Shown here in pieces: positions 24,452-32,906 of a stretch of DNA of 37,909 nt. The notes beneath the pieces are model-generated. The model had not been told where the DNA came from. It did no database searches and worked only from the letters and a program-made list of their open reading frames with translations. The first letter of the stretch is position 1; the number at the start of each line of letters is the position of its first letter. The translations under genes and the position numbers were made by a program. Source of the DNA: Candidatus Pacearchaeota archaeon (GTDB lineage Archaea > Nanobdellota > Nanobdellia > Pacearchaeales > GW2011-AR1); the NCBI GenBank assembly GCA_016866915.1, contig VGKR01000001.1, positions 1-37,909 on the forward strand, given 5' to 3'.

Positions 24452-26614
24452 TCAAACCAAATTTCCAAGAACTATGTTTACAAGAACAAACAATGCAAGT
24501 GTGGAGAAAAGAGCTGTAATAAAATAAAGAATTATTCCAGAAGCAAAGTTTTTTCCAAGATTGTATGTTGTTTGAAGTTTATCTTCTCCAGAATCAACAA
24601 TAACCAAAGTTCTTGTTAGTATAAAAATAATTTGAATCAGGTAAACTCCGATTACTATCTGCAAAAAGTAAGGAGGAATCATCATTTGAACATCGAAAAG
24701 TTGAGATAAAGATGCAAGACCACCTAAAGATGCAGTTGCTTCTCCTCCTTCTGCAATTTTTGTTATTTCTAAACGAGTAAGAATTTCAGTAATCATTGCA
24801 GCTAAACCGACAACAACACCTGAAAGAAGAGGTGCGAGGAAAGACATATTACTTTTCATATCAGATACAACTTCAGCAAGCATATCTCTAAGTCTTGCTG
24901 TTATCTTGGAAATATTCTTAACATATTCAGAGATACTCATTATGCTAATAGCTGCAATCTTTAATCCTTTTTTAGCAGATTCAACAAGAATTTTCATGCT
25001 AATAGCAATCAATTCAGAAGGATAATGAATAATTGCGCCTCTTTTCAAGTCAAAAATAGCTTTTTCTACACTCATTCCCATTTGCCTTATGTTATAATCA
25101 ACTCTTCTGAAGAAATCCTCTGTTTTCAATCCTTTAGAAGATTCTGCAACTTTTGCAAAAACAAGTTCAGGTGGAACTCCTTGCCCTATTCTATTTCCAA
25201 CTTGAAACAGAGAATTATTAAATTCAGCTTCAAGTTGTTTTGTTTTGTCTCTTTCAAAAATAAGTTCTTTCGTTCTCATTTTAAAAGACAAAGAAAAGAA
25301 TAATGCAATACTAAGTGGAACCAACATGCTTAAAATTAAAGCACCTGCTCCAAAAGGCCCTTTAAGTCCCGTGGATGATTCAATAAATCCAAAAAAACTT
25401 CCTTCGCCAAAAAAACTTAAACCGAATTCTGAAAAAGAATAATCTTTTTGCAAACCCAGCATCTCTGGTAAGGGAGTAAATGCAAAAATAAGGGGCAAAA
25501 GTCCGATTAATACAATAGGTAATATCAAAAGAAATGATTTAACATAAGATGCTTTGCTTTTATATTGATAATAAAGGGGGTTTTTTTCAAGTAAAGATGT
25601 TTCTCCATATCCTCCTGGTCTGAGAAAGGTAACTTTGTCGGTTAAATAAAAAACAAAAAACGGAATAATCAAATTAAACAAAACAAAAACATGAATCCAT
25701 GTTAGCAATCCACCTAACATCGCACTTGCAAGAGGAAGTAAGGCTAAACCAAGTGTTGGAAGAACAATGCCCAGCATATAAACATTTGTTAAAGGACTTT
25801 TTACATTGTGCGTAAATCTCAACATTTTGTCATAAACTCCATCAAGAACAACTTTCAAAGCTTTCTCAAGAGTTGTTATTCTTCTTGATTCATCAGGTTC
25901 ATATAAACTGCTTTCAATAAGATGAAAGGCTTCGATAAATTCTACTGAATAATCTCTCCAAGTTTCGAGATAAGAATCTAAACTGGCCTTTATGGTTGAA
26001 AATTTTCCTACCTGAACATCATAAAAAACTTTTTTTAAATCCAAAGCAAGAGGATATTCTAAATTCTCAGAGGCAAAAGCAATTGCTCTTTCCAGATTAG
26101 AGGTATGCCTCATGTAAACAACCACATATAGAATAGCAGGAACCATTTGAGCTGAGGCTTTTAAACGCCATTTATTTGCAAGCCGCGCAGGATAAGCATT
26201 CATAAAATAAAAAATAAAAATAGAGAAAATTATAACAAGAAAAAAGAACAAAACAGGAAAAGCTTCGAAACTTCCGTTAATTAAAATAACAGCTAAAGAA
26301 ATAAGAAGTCCTGCTAAAAAAACAAAAATGAAAGTCATAACACTTAGTGTTAAGGATTGCCAGGATTCAAGATCAAGATGTGCTATCTCAAGATGTCTTT
26401 TAACTTTTTGAGTATCTTTTTCTGAAAATTTTAATTTTATTGCACTTCCTAAACTTTTGCATAATCTTTCATATCTCGAGATTTCGGGAATCATTTCATC
26501 CTTGAATTTTACATATTCTCTGCTATAATCTACATTTTTTCTTTCTGAAGTAGAAATTTTGGAACCTAATTTACTGCTATATCTTCTAAGAATTTCATCA
26601 ACATCTTCAGACAT
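24452..26614 (-). CDS. Polytopic membrane protein, putative type IV filament platform (FlaJ/TadC/PilC-like)
   Basis: 720 aa. A cytoplasmic N-terminus of about 90 aa is followed by many TM helices interrupted by two soluble helical blocks. It lies immediately downstream of the secretion ATPase. The assignment rests on synteny and topology; I could not verify the T2SSF domain by eye. Confidence 0.55.
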   Translation of the reverse strand: MSEDVDEILRRYSSKLGSKISTSERKNVDYSREYVKFKDEMIPEISRYERLCKSLGSAIKLKFSEKDTQKVKRHLEIAHLDLESWQSLTLSVMTFIFVFLAGLLISLAVILINGSFEAFPVLFFFLVIIFSIFIFYFMNAYPARLANKWRLKASAQMVPAILYVVVYMRHTSNLERAIAFASENLEYPLALDLKKVFYDVQVGKFSTIKASLDSYLETWRDYSVEFIEAFHLIESSLYEPDESRRITTLEKALKVVLDGVYDKMLRFTHNVKSPLTNVYMLGIVLPTLGLALLPLASAMLGGLLTWIHVFVLFNLIIPFFVFYLTDKVTFLRPGGYGETSLLEKNPLYYQYKSKASYVKSFLLILPIVLIGLLPLIFAFTPLPEMLGLQKDYSFSEFGLSFFGEGSFFGFIESSTGLKGPFGAGALILSMLVPLSIALFFSLSFKMRTKELIFERDKTKQLEAEFNNSLFQVGNRIGQGVPPELVFAKVAESSKGLKTEDFFRRVDYNIRQMGMSVEKAIFDLKRGAIIHYPSELIAISMKILVESAKKGLKIAAISIMSISEYVKNISKITARLRDMLAEVVSDMKSNMSFLAPLLSGVVVGLAAMITEILTRLEITKIAEGGEATASLGGLASLSQLFDVQMMIPPYFLQIVIGVYLIQIIFILTRTLVIVDSGEDKLQTTYNLGKNFASGIILYFITALFSTLALFVLVNIVLGNLV

Positions 26615-26693
26615 TTTTATTTTTCTCTTTTTGAATTCCTCTTTATTAAAACATCAAGGAGAAATAGTTAATAAATTTTGGGTTTAAATCAAA

Positions 26694-28979
26694 TTAAATA
26701 AATTTTCTCTTCTTTATTTCAGAATTTAACCATTTTTGCCATTCTGGAAAAACTCTTTCGCTGATTGGCAGTCCTATTTCTTCTCTTATTTCATCTGAAA
26801 TTTTATGAAAAACATGATTAGAAAGAGTGTTAAAATCAGCCTCGAGAATTCTATAATTTTTAATTTTTTCAGCAGTATTTACTAATTCTTTTTTTAGTTT
26901 TGCTCTTAAAAGGATATTATCCCAAACAGCATCCCAATTTCCCGCCCAGCCTTTTACATTAGAAGCAACATCTTTTATAACTTCGCTATCTCCATTAATC
27001 AAATCTTCTGTTGGTTCTAATTCATCTTTATCGACATTATACTTTAATAAATCAACAAATCCTTTCTCTTCCAGAGGATCTTTTTTCCAGTGTTTTCTGA
27101 CTTCAGACAACCCCACAACTCTTTTCCAGGAATGTAATCCATCAGGTGTTTTTATTGGATTTGCAACAGCAATTATGTCTGTGGCTTTAAAACTAGTTGC
27201 AGGCACCTGTAAGTCATTAACAACTCTGTCAAAAACACCATATGGAGAAGCTCCATGAATTGTTCCTGCAACAACATTAGCTAAGGCGCCAATTCTCATT
27301 GCCTCGTATAAAGCTCTTGCTTCTAAGCTTCTTACTTCTCCAATAATCAAACAGCTATCACCTAATCTAAGAGATGTTCGTATTCCATCATCTGCAGAGA
27401 TTTCTGTTGTTTCTTTTAATAAAGCAGATCTTACTTTCATTCTCAAAATATCATATTTTAAATTTCTAAGAGATTCCACAGGCAATTCTAATGAATCTTC
27501 AATAACAATTATTCGATATTTTGGAATAATTTCGAGCATTAAACTTCCCAGCAAGCTTGTTTTTCCTGAGCTTCTCGTTCCTGCAATCAGAATTGTTCTA
27601 GAGCCATCTGTCAAAAAACTAAGAAGTCCTGCAGCCAAAGGATTCATCATCTTATTTTGGACAAATAATGGAAATGTCCAAGGAGATTCTCGATGTCTTC
27701 TTATTGCATATGCAAGCCCGTCAGGAGAAAGAGGTCTCTGAACAACAGCTATTCTTGCTCTGATACTCCCAATTTCAAGTTGAGTATCTAAAATAGGATT
27801 TGCTTCATCGAGGGGCCTTCCTGAGATTAATCTAAATTTAGCTGCCCAGGAATCAATATCTTCTTGGCTTGGAATTATATTTGATGAACATTCGTCATAA
27901 TCCTGATGTCGAATAAAAATTGGTGTCAGCGAAATAGGTGCATTTAAAGAAATATCCTGAATTCGCTTATCTTGCAAAAGAACCTCGATAATTCCAAAAC
28001 CAACAGTATGCCTCACTAAAATAGTTGCTAACAAATTAAGTTCAGAGTAATTAATGATTATTCCTTTGCTTTGTGCAAGATCTCTCAAAAGATCTCGAGA
28101 AATATTAAAAAAAACTCTTCGTGTTCTTTCTATATCTGTAAATTCTTCTGCTTTTGGCTGATGTTCCACTAAAACTCTTCTTGCCAGATTCAAAAGAATA
28201 CTATGGTCTTCTCTTAATGTATTTTCAGGAGGAATAATATGATACAAAAGTTTGGGTTCATCTTTTTTCTTAAGAATTGTCACAAAAGAAACATCATACT
28301 CCTCATTAACCAGTTTATACTGGTCAAGTATCTCTGCATCACTTGGCAAATCAGATACCAATCTCGTAAAAGTAAAATTAGGTATTACATCTGGTTTGAA
28401 AAGTTTGTTGTAAATCTCTCTTTCTCCTTTTCGATAATCGTCTAAATAAGGAGTTGCATCAGAAATTAATTTTGTTTTTTCTAAAAATTCTTTAATTTTT
28501 TCAAGAAGATTTAAATAGATAAATTGATCTGATCGGCTTGCTCCTCCTAATTTTTCAAGAAATATTTTTTCCTGGATAATTAATTTTTTTATTTCAAAAA
28601 ACGCTGCAAGAGGGTCTTGTTTTAACAAAATCAGAAAGGAAAAGACCTCATTATATCTTTTAGAAAAAAGCATGTCTTGTGTTGGAGCTAATTTATTTTT
28701 AGAGAGAATTCTTTCGTGTTTCATAAGATAAGTATAAAGTTGTGCAATTTCAATAAGATAAGAAGTTTCTCTAAAATCATAATTATAATTTTTTTGTTGA
28801 GAAAATATAATTCTTGAGATATTTGGGTTTTCTGCAATAACATCAATAGTTCTTTCCATAACTTCCGGGAAATCTGCTAAATTTGGAACATAGGGCGCGC
28901 CCAGATAATTTAGATAAAGAACATCTTCACCCCCCTCTCTTTTTATTTCATAAGGATTTCTTTCTTTTTCTTGCGTCAT
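26694..28979 (-). CDS. Type II/IV secretion-system ATPase (FlaI/PilB/VirB11 superfamily), long form
   Basis: Walker A IAGTRSSGKTSLL sits at residues 467-474 by my count. Also present are the Asp box/Walker B RIIVIEDSLELP, IIGEVRSLEA and the His box GTIHGAS. At 761 aa it has about 200 extra N-terminal and about 150 extra C-terminal residues compared with typical archaeal FlaI-type ATPases. Confidence 0.88.
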   Translation of the reverse strand: MTQEKERNPYEIKREGGEDVLYLNYLGAPYVPNLADFPEVMERTIDVIAENPNISRIIFSQQKNYNYDFRETSYLIEIAQLYTYLMKHERILSKNKLAPTQDMLFSKRYNEVFSFLILLKQDPLAAFFEIKKLIIQEKIFLEKLGGASRSDQFIYLNLLEKIKEFLEKTKLISDATPYLDDYRKGEREIYNKLFKPDVIPNFTFTRLVSDLPSDAEILDQYKLVNEEYDVSFVTILKKKDEPKLLYHIIPPENTLREDHSILLNLARRVLVEHQPKAEEFTDIERTRRVFFNISRDLLRDLAQSKGIIINYSELNLLATILVRHTVGFGIIEVLLQDKRIQDISLNAPISLTPIFIRHQDYDECSSNIIPSQEDIDSWAAKFRLISGRPLDEANPILDTQLEIGSIRARIAVVQRPLSPDGLAYAIRRHRESPWTFPLFVQNKMMNPLAAGLLSFLTDGSRTILIAGTRSSGKTSLLGSLMLEIIPKYRIIVIEDSLELPVESLRNLKYDILRMKVRSALLKETTEISADDGIRTSLRLGDSCLIIGEVRSLEARALYEAMRIGALANVVAGTIHGASPYGVFDRVVNDLQVPATSFKATDIIAVANPIKTPDGLHSWKRVVGLSEVRKHWKKDPLEEKGFVDLLKYNVDKDELEPTEDLINGDSEVIKDVASNVKGWAGNWDAVWDNILLRAKLKKELVNTAEKIKNYRILEADFNTLSNHVFHKISDEIREEIGLPISERVFPEWQKWLNSEIKKRKFI

Positions 28980-29097
28980 TTTAGAACTCTAATAAAAAAG
29001 AGCAGGAGTTTAAAATATTTTGTATATAAAAATATCCGAATAAATAACCGTTTTTTCTATTGAAAGTATTTCAAGACTTTTTGATATTAAACACAAC

Positions 29098-29106
29098 AAA
29101 TTTAAA
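29098..29106 (+). promoter_or_regulatory. TATA-like box upstream of the 29128 coiled-coil gene
   Basis: The sequence reads AAATTTAAA-CTGTA-TTCTCCTCTATTTTTT-ATG, with 21 nt between the box and the ATG. It lies in the 148-bp divergent spacer shared with the filament operon. Confidence 0.4.
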
Positions 29107-29127
29107 CTGTATTCTCCTCTATTTTTT

Positions 29128-29463
29128 ATGATGGAGGAACAAGGGGGTGGAGATTGGCAATTCTTAAATGATATTCAGGTAAGAATAAGAGATTTAGAAG
29201 AAAAACATCGGACTCTAAAAGATCGAATCTTGCTTATAGGTCAAAATTTGATCGAAATGAAAGAAAAAAATGATGAGGATTTATTGGAAATCAAGAAAAA
29301 TCTCGAATTAATGAGAAGAAGTATCGAAAGATTAACTTCTTTTTTGGAAGTTGCTTCATCAGAATTTTCAAAATTTGCAAGAAAAGAAGATCTTGAAATT
29401 CTCTCAAAGCAAGCAAGAATGTTTCAGCCTTTAGAATTGAGAAAAAAAAGATTTAAAAAATAA
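29128..29463 (+). CDS. Small coiled-coil protein, unknown function
   Basis: 111 aa with heptad-like Leu/Ile/Glu/Lys spacing throughout. The segment LTSFLEVASSEFSKF is faintly reminiscent of the archaeal FlaC-type accessory motif, but this is not verifiable by eye. Confidence 0.5.
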   Translation: MMEEQGGGDWQFLNDIQVRIRDLEEKHRTLKDRILLIGQNLIEMKEKNDEDLLEIKKNLELMRRSIERLTSFLEVASSEFSKFARKEDLEILSKQARMFQPLELRKKRFKK

Positions 29464-29479
29464 AAGATAATAATTCAAA

Positions 29480-30358
29480 ATGGGGACTTTAGAACAAGTG
29501 ATGGAATTAAAAAGAAAGGGATTTCCAGAAGAGGCAATTGTTAGCAGATTAAGAGAACATGGAGTTTCTCCAAAAGAAATAACAGATGCCTTAAGTCAGG
29601 CAAAAATAAAAAATGCAGTTTCACCAGGAAGAGACTTAGAAGAAGATACTATGGAGGGTATGGAGCCTTCGATAATGATTTCTGAAGAAGCAGAATCTTT
29701 GCCTACAGAAGGTACAATTTCAGATGAGGATTTGATGCCTCCGCCAACACCTTCGAGATTTCAACAATATGCAAAAAGAGAATCAGCACCAGTAGTAAAA
29801 GAGATGCCTGAAGAATATTCTTATTCTAATTCTCAAGGATCAGCACAATATCCAGCACAGACCGAATCTCCTTATGAACAATATTCAGAATCACCTTATC
29901 CTGCTTACGACGAACCGCAATATTCTCCCCAAGAATACGCATCAGGAAATTATGAGAGTTCAGGAGAATATGATTACAGTTATTCGTCAGCAGGAGATAT
30001 CGACACCATAATTGAGGTTGCAGAAAGAGTATTTTTTGAAAAAATAAAACCAATTCAAAAACAACTTGAGGGTTTAAATGAATTAAAAGCATTAACTCAA
30101 ACCAAAGTCGATTCTATCTCAGACAGATTAAGAAAGATAGAATCAAGTATTGATAGATTGCAAGCAGAAATTCTCGAAAAAGTTGGTTCATATGGCGGTG
30201 GTTTAGATAGTATAAAAAAAGAAATGGGCATGATGCAAGATTCTTTTGGAAAAATTGTTACTGTTTTATCTTCTAAAGCAGAAGAAAAATCTCCAGAGCA
30301 TTCTTCACATCATCCGGCACACCACATAGTTAGAAAAAAGAGTTCTAGAAAGAAATAG
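29480..30358 (+). CDS. Three-part protein: N-terminal small helical (UBA-like) domain, Tyr/Ser/Glu/Pro-rich disordered linker, C-terminal coiled coil with His/Lys tail
   Basis: 292 aa. The N-terminal helical bundle is LEQVMELKRKGFPEEAIVSRLREHGVSPKEITDALSQA. Residues 113-168 contain 13 Tyr by my count. The C-terminus is heptad-rich and ends HSSHHPAHHIVRKKSSRKK. Confidence 0.5.
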   Translation: MGTLEQVMELKRKGFPEEAIVSRLREHGVSPKEITDALSQAKIKNAVSPGRDLEEDTMEGMEPSIMISEEAESLPTEGTISDEDLMPPPTPSRFQQYAKRESAPVVKEMPEEYSYSNSQGSAQYPAQTESPYEQYSESPYPAYDEPQYSPQEYASGNYESSGEYDYSYSSAGDIDTIIEVAERVFFEKIKPIQKQLEGLNELKALTQTKVDSISDRLRKIESSIDRLQAEILEKVGSYGGGLDSIKKEMGMMQDSFGKIVTVLSSKAEEKSPEHSSHHPAHHIVRKKSSRKK

Positions 30359-30377
30359 CATCAATTAATTTAAAAAT

Positions 30378-30941
30378 TTATGCTACAGGAGATCTAAATG
30401 CCAAGGCCTTGTAATCTGGAAGAGGTTTTCTCTTTCCACCTGCTCCAACAATTATTCCAATAATTGCTAAAAAGAGAATAATTCCAACTATTCCCTGCCA
30501 ATTATAAGACCATATACTAAGATTCCACCATCCAAGCCATCCAAATGTTTGGACTAAAACAACAAGAAAGACAATAACACCTACACCTAAAAGACCATAA
30601 TTAATCATTTTATTATCTGGATCAAAGAAAAGACCCCCAAGAATAAGTAATGCAAGAATTACAGCAAGACCAATTCCCAATCTTGGAAAAATTTCTGAAA
30701 AGAATATCGGTACAAAATGAAATTGTAATGCTAAAAGACCAACAACAAGAGCGATAACAGCGTTAATTCCTTTATTATCAAACATTTTAACTCGTGTTAG
30801 AATTCCAAAGACAAGAGCAAAGATTAAAAGAAATGGAAGAATATAACTAAAAAATCCCGCACTCTCCCAATAAGCTAACATTCCGCCAATTGAGCCCCCA
30901 TAAAAACTACCGATTTGAAAAGTTAAAATTTCACCAATCAT
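30378..30941 (-). CDS. Polytopic membrane protein, paralogue A
   Basis: 187 aa with about 5 TM helices. It shares LPFLLIFALVFGIL..K.F....NA.I motifs with the adjacent 30990..31499 product. Confidence 0.5.
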   Translation of the reverse strand: MIGEILTFQIGSFYGGSIGGMLAYWESAGFFSYILPFLLIFALVFGILTRVKMFDNKGINAVIALVVGLLALQFHFVPIFFSEIFPRLGIGLAVILALLILGGLFFDPDNKMINYGLLGVGVIVFLVVLVQTFGWLGWWNLSIWSYNWQGIVGIILFLAIIGIIVGAGGKRKPLPDYKALAFRSPVA

Positions 30942-30989
30942 ACAATTATTTAACTAATCTTATTTAAATATGTTTCGGGATTACATCAT

Positions 30990-31499
30990 TTATTTAGATT
31001 TTTTCAGAACAAGAACCAATGCAATGATTATGACTGCAATAAAAAGTGCATTTATCCAAAAAGTTGAACTCCATGCCTGACTAAAAAGAAAATTAAATAC
31101 ACTTCCAAAAAAACTTCCTTCAACACCTAATGCCCAAAGAAGAGCAACAAGAACAGAAACAACCACAACTAATCCTATAAAATATTTTAATCCTTTTGGA
31201 GCTTTCTCAAATTTTAATCCTTCTTCTCCTGCAATAAAACCCCAAAGCAAAAGTCCTATAAATACAACAATTATAGCAACAGTCAAAAATAATATAAGAT
31301 TTGCGACAACGAGCTTTGGAGAGACAGCTACAACAAAAATTGCGCCAATAATAAAAGAGATAAGGGCATTTAATTGCTTCTTATCAGAACCAAAAACCTT
31401 TGTTTTTTCCAGAATTCCAAAAACTATAAAGAAGATTAATAAAAAGGGTAAAGCAAACTGAGTAAAAATCCAATGCTGTAAAATTGTTTCTTCTGCCAT
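30990..31499 (-). CDS. Polytopic membrane protein, paralogue B
   Basis: 169 aa. LPFLLIFFIVFGILEKTKVFGSDKKQLNALISFIIG aligns with paralogue A. Confidence 0.5.
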   Translation of the reverse strand: MAEETILQHWIFTQFALPFLLIFFIVFGILEKTKVFGSDKKQLNALISFIIGAIFVVAVSPKLVVANLILFLTVAIIVVFIGLLLWGFIAGEEGLKFEKAPKGLKYFIGLVVVVSVLVALLWALGVEGSFFGSVFNFLFSQAWSSTFWINALFIAVIIIALVLVLKKSK

Positions 31500-31573
31500 A
31501 TAAATATAATATTACTATGGTATTTATAAATGTTTTTTATATTTTTTATAAAACGCTAGCTCGTATTCAGAAT

Positions 31574-31852
31574 TTAAATAAGTCCTTCGGGGATTTCCTC
31601 AATTTCAGATTCTTGGCTAGGTAAAGCAGATTTATTTATGACAAAGATATCTCCAATTGCCCTTACAAACTGATGAGGTATAATAACTCCTCGAGCTCCT
31701 CCAATCAAAGAAGTGACACTTCCCCCCACCCGTATTTTCCAGCCATCTACTTTATTGTCTAAAAGATTTGCTTCTTCAATTTCTCCGAAATAATCTCCAG
31801 AGTCAGTGTAAACCTTGCAACCCATAACTTCTGTTATCTTTTTAACGCGCAT
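31574..31852 (-). CDS. PRC-barrel domain protein
   Basis: 92 aa. VMGCKVYTDSGDYFGEIEEANLLDNKVDGWKIRV followed by GVIIPHQFVRAIGDIFVI fits the PRC-barrel pattern. Confidence 0.65.
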   Translation of the reverse strand: MRVKKITEVMGCKVYTDSGDYFGEIEEANLLDNKVDGWKIRVGGSVTSLIGGARGVIIPHQFVRAIGDIFVINKSALPSQESEIEEIPEGLI

Positions 31853-31980
31853 ACTAAAATTTAGCCGAACTCATTTAAATACTTTTCCATGATTTAATAT
31901 ATAATTTTGCCGAAAAACGCATATTTTTATCTCTTTTGCAACATAACAAACTTTATAAAAAATTCAAACTTGTTTAATCT

Positions 31981-32616
31981 ATGCTTAATCAAAAGGAAAT
32001 ATTTTCTGTCTTAATTTTGACTCTAATCCTTGCTTTTGCTGTGGGTTTATTTCAAAGTGTCTCAAAAATTCCTTACATCTTTCTGATATTTTTAGTCATA
32101 ATTATTGTGAATGTATTGGCTAAAAAAATTGCAAGTTTTTATCTTGATTCAGAAATAGATGTGAAATTGTGGACAATAGAAAGATATGGTTTTCGGCCAT
32201 CTCAGCATTTAAAAAGACCTTTTCCAGCAGGAATAATTCTTCCAATAATAACTGCCTTTTTATTCTTTGGGCAATTAAACAATTTTTTTTGGTTAGCCTC
32301 TTTGGTTTTTGATGTAAAACCCCGAGTATATCGGGCAGCTAAAAGATACGGGCTTTATTCTTACACTGAAATGACTGAAGATCATATAGGAATAATTGCG
32401 GCAGCCGGAGTGTTTGCTAATTTATTTTTTGCAGTTATTGGATATCTTTTGGGATTTTCTGAATTTTCCCGATTTAGTATTTATTTCGCTTTTTTCAATA
32501 TGATTCCCTTATCGGATCTCGATGGAAATAAAATATTTTTTGGAAATCTTGCCTTATGGAGTTTTCTTGCTACTCTCGTTTTGATAGGTTTGGTTTATGC
32601 TTTTTTCCTGATATAA
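31981..32616 (+). CDS. M50 (site-2 protease)-like membrane protein lacking the HExxH motif
   Basis: The C-terminal FNMIPLSDLDGNKIFFG matches the M50 NxxPxxxLDG motif. At the position where HExxH is expected in the early TM helix, the sequence reads NVLAK. Confidence 0.5.
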   Translation: MLNQKEIFSVLILTLILAFAVGLFQSVSKIPYIFLIFLVIIIVNVLAKKIASFYLDSEIDVKLWTIERYGFRPSQHLKRPFPAGIILPIITAFLFFGQLNNFFWLASLVFDVKPRVYRAAKRYGLYSYTEMTEDHIGIIAAAGVFANLFFAVIGYLLGFSEFSRFSIYFAFFNMIPLSDLDGNKIFFGNLALWSFLATLVLIGLVYAFFLI

Positions 32617-32664
32617 AAGAATGCAAATAAAAAAACATTTAAAGGTTAGTTTCATAAGAATAAT

Positions 32665-32871
32665 ATGGAAAAACCAGGTTGGTTAAAAACTAAAAAGATT
32701 GCAGGGATTTTCGCTTTGCTTTCCTTTGTAACAGGTTTCCTATTTCTAAATTCGAGTATTACAGGAAATGTAATTTTAGATAATAAATATCCTTTCGATG
32801 TTATTTCATTTATTGGATTGCTACTTGTTCTATGTTCTGCTCTTCTTGTAGCTTATATCCTCAAAAAATAA
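32665..32871 (+). CDS. Small membrane protein (2 TM), unknown function
   Basis: 68-aa ORF with two hydrophobic helices and no recognisable motif. Confidence 0.35.
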   Translation: MEKPGWLKTKKIAGIFALLSFVTGFLFLNSSITGNVILDNKYPFDVISFIGLLLVLCSALLVAYILKK

Positions 32872-32906
32872 GATAACTTTTTATAAGGAGAAAATTTTGC
32901 TTGCTA

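Noticed and set aside
19603-28979. Interpretation of the operon as an archaellum (motility) locus
   Set aside because: I see no archaellin-type subunit, and no FlaH (KaiC-like), FlaF/FlaG or FlaC/D/E genes within the operon. The subunits are heterogeneous prepilin-like proteins, which fits an adhesive or uptake pilus better.
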